From the NCBI GenBank assembly GCA_964016885.1, contig OZ024752.1, forward strand, positions 11,966,001 through 12,030,000: DNA of 64,000 nucleotides, in the 5' to 3' direction. The position numbers and the translations under genes are program-made. Below, in pieces: positions 61,540-64,000 of the stretch. Under the pieces are notes generated by a model, which saw only the letters and a program-made list of their open reading frames with translations, was not told the DNA's origin and made no database searches. This DNA is from Eledone cirrhosa (Eukaryota). The stretch's first letter is position 1; every line of letters starts with the position of its first letter.

Positions 61540-61584
61540 TTCCTGATGATTTCCTTCGAATGAAACAGTTCTAGTCCTGTAGAA
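61540..61584 (+). ncRNA. Minimal hammerhead motif
   Basis: TTC-CTGATGA-tTTC cttc GAAt-GAAA-CAG ttctagtc CTG-TA-GAA. Confidence 0.7.
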
Positions 61585-61717
61585 GCCATTTCTATATATA
61601 TATATATGGTGCTACTGTATATTTGATTTTTTTCTCCTTTGAAAACCCTACACTTTAGGGCATTATTATAAGACTGGCCGTTATCAGTGATTTGCTCATA
61701 TGGTGGATATTCTAAGG

Positions 61718-62199
61718 CAGGGGCGTGCAACAGCCGACCCGCGGGTCACAATCTTGCCCGCCAGACCAGTCAAGGTGGCCCGCAACGACCGTTTTTAATG
61801 TTTACCTTGAAGGCTTATTTAGAATTTTTTTCTTAACCGTAATACAATGTTCTGTTAGTTGACCTATACTAAAGGGCTTCACTGATAGGGTTATGTGTGT
61901 TATAATTTCCCAGTTGGCCTATACTAAAGGGCTTCACTGATGGGGTTATGTGTCATAATTTCCCAATTGATTTATACTAAAGGGCTTCACTGATAGGGTT
62001 ATGTGTGTTATAATTTCCCAGTTGACCTATACTAAAGGGTTTCACTGATAGGGTTATATGTGTTATAATTTCCTAGTTCCATGTTATGGAAAGAAGTTGT
62101 GGTGAATCTTTGGAATAGTGCTTAATAAATATTAATGACCCTAATAGTTGTTCCAATGTTCAAAAGTGATCCGCCAATGGAATATGTTGCACACCCCTG
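61718..62199. mobile_element. hAT-type MITE with internal 55-bp tandem repeat
   Basis: TIR CAGGGGCGTGCAAC / GTTGCACACCCCTG; 8-bp TSD ttctaagg/ttctaaga. Confidence 0.8.
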
Positions 62200-62489
62200 T
62201 TCTAAGAAATATATTTCTAATTAGATTGTTGACAATATTTTGGGAATTATTTAAATACTTATGTATGTAGGTTAGGGGGGTTCATTAGGTTTATAGTAAG
62301 GGTTATATAGATAGTTATTATAATTCGCATACACGATATTACATCCTGATATCTCTAACAGTTCTGCAGGCATTGTTAGTTCATGAAACCCTTAGTTGTG
62401 GATGTAATACCTTGTGTGCGAATTATAATAAATAAGCATTTGTTCTAATAAAACATACAGAGCACTCTTTTTACTTGTTGACAGCTTTA

Positions 62490-62770
62490 CTCTCTCTCTC
62501 TTTCTCTCTCTTTCTCTATCTCTCTCTTTCTCTCTCCCTCTCGCTCTCTCTCTCTTTCTCTCTCTTTCTCTATCTCTCTCTTTCTCTCTCCCTCTCGCTC
62601 TCTCTCTCTTTCTCTCTCTTTCTCTATCTCTCTCTTTCTCTCTCCCTCTCGCTCTCTCTCTCTTTCTCTCTCTTTCTCTATCTCTCTCTTTCTCTCTCCC
62701 TCTCGCTCTCTCTCTCTTTCTCTCTCTTTCTCTATCTCTCTCTTTCTCTCTCCCTCTCGCTCTCTCTCTC
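62490..62770. repeat. CT-rich higher-order microsatellite
   Basis: (CT)n with periodic variants. Confidence 0.9.
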
Positions 62771-63077
62771 ACACACACATGTATGTTCTAGTTTTATGAT
62801 TTTATAAATTTTTACCAAGAGAGAGAGAATCGGTTTCTAACAGAGACACAAGATTCTTTCATTGGAATTTAGACATCGACTAGATAGATGTGTATGTATG
62901 ACTGCATGCGTGTGTGTGTGTGTAGGTATGGATGTTATTGCCTGTGTGGATGTGGATGTTTTGAGTTATATGTGTGTATGTGCGTATGTTTTGTATCTGT
63001 ACATATGTACGTGAACGTATGTAAGTTTGTATGTATGTATGTATTTATGTACATAAATATATGTACGTATATATATA

Positions 63078-63114
<37 letters not shown>

Positions 63115-63121
63115 ATATATA

Positions 63122-63360
63122 TATATTGTTATACTTTGGGAGGGTCATGTTGCCAATAAGAAACACACGCACCAGTTGCTTTCACTTCAATTTATTATAT
63201 ATTTATAAATTTATAAATTTATAAATATATAATAAATTGAAGTGAAAGCAACTGGTGCGTGTGTTTCTTATTGGCAACATGACCCTCCCAAAGTATAACA
63301 ATATCGGTTTCAACACACGATTTCAGATAAAGAATCTTGCTAAACAAATTCAGAAACGAG
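63122..63360 (+). mobile_element. Perfect palindrome of about 180 bp plus tail in (TA)n
   Basis: Arms 63122-63211/63214-63304. Confidence 0.7.
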
Positions 63361-63386
63361 ATATATATATACATATATATATATAT

Positions 63387-63458
<72 letters not shown>

Positions 63459-63843
63459 ATATATATATATATCAATATATATATATATGTATATATATAT
63501 ATCAATATATATATGTATATATATATATCAATATATATATGTATATATATATATCAATATATATATGTATATATATATATCAATATATATATGTATATAT
63601 ATATATCAATATATATATATATGTGTATATATATATCAATATATATATATATGTGTATATATATATCAATATATATATATATGTGTATATATATCAATAA
63701 ATATATATGTGTATATATATCAATATATATATGTATATATATATATCAATATATATATGTATATATATATATATATCAATATATATATATATATGTATAT
63801 ATATATATCAATATATATATATATATGTATATATATATATCAA

Positions 63844-63918
<75 letters not shown>

Positions 63919-64000
63919 ATATATATCAATATATATATATATGTGTATATATATCAATATATATATATATATATGTATATATACATCAATATATATATAT
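63361..64000. repeat. (TA)n-derived minisatellite with periodic CAA/GT interruptions
   Basis: atatatatcaatatatatatgt units. Confidence 0.9.

Overview
This is eukaryotic, AT- and microsatellite-rich DNA, most likely from an octopus or other coleoid cephalopod (inferred from the protein and the SINE landscape). One protein-coding gene is supported: a cephalopod visual-type arrestin on the minus strand. It has 11 GT-AG coding exons (37410 down to 2409, 1077 nt in frame, about 359 codons); the start-codon exon and the C-tail exon(s) were not found in the window. Everything else is repeat: about 30 copies of a tRNA-derived SINE, a second SINE, decayed RTE, CRE-like, R4/Dong-like and CR1-group LINE fragments, piggyBac/hAT/Tc1-type MITEs, minisatellites and a 2.8 kb satellite. 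The most unusual signal is a set of non-coding fold-back (palindromic) elements, mostly in or beside (TA)n tracts. They carry about a dozen minimal type I hammerhead-ribozyme motifs from several unrelated sequence families, the hallmark of Penelope-like retroelement repeats. In one family the inversion junctions map onto the predicted ribozyme stem II. All folds and homologies were read by eye and none was computed.
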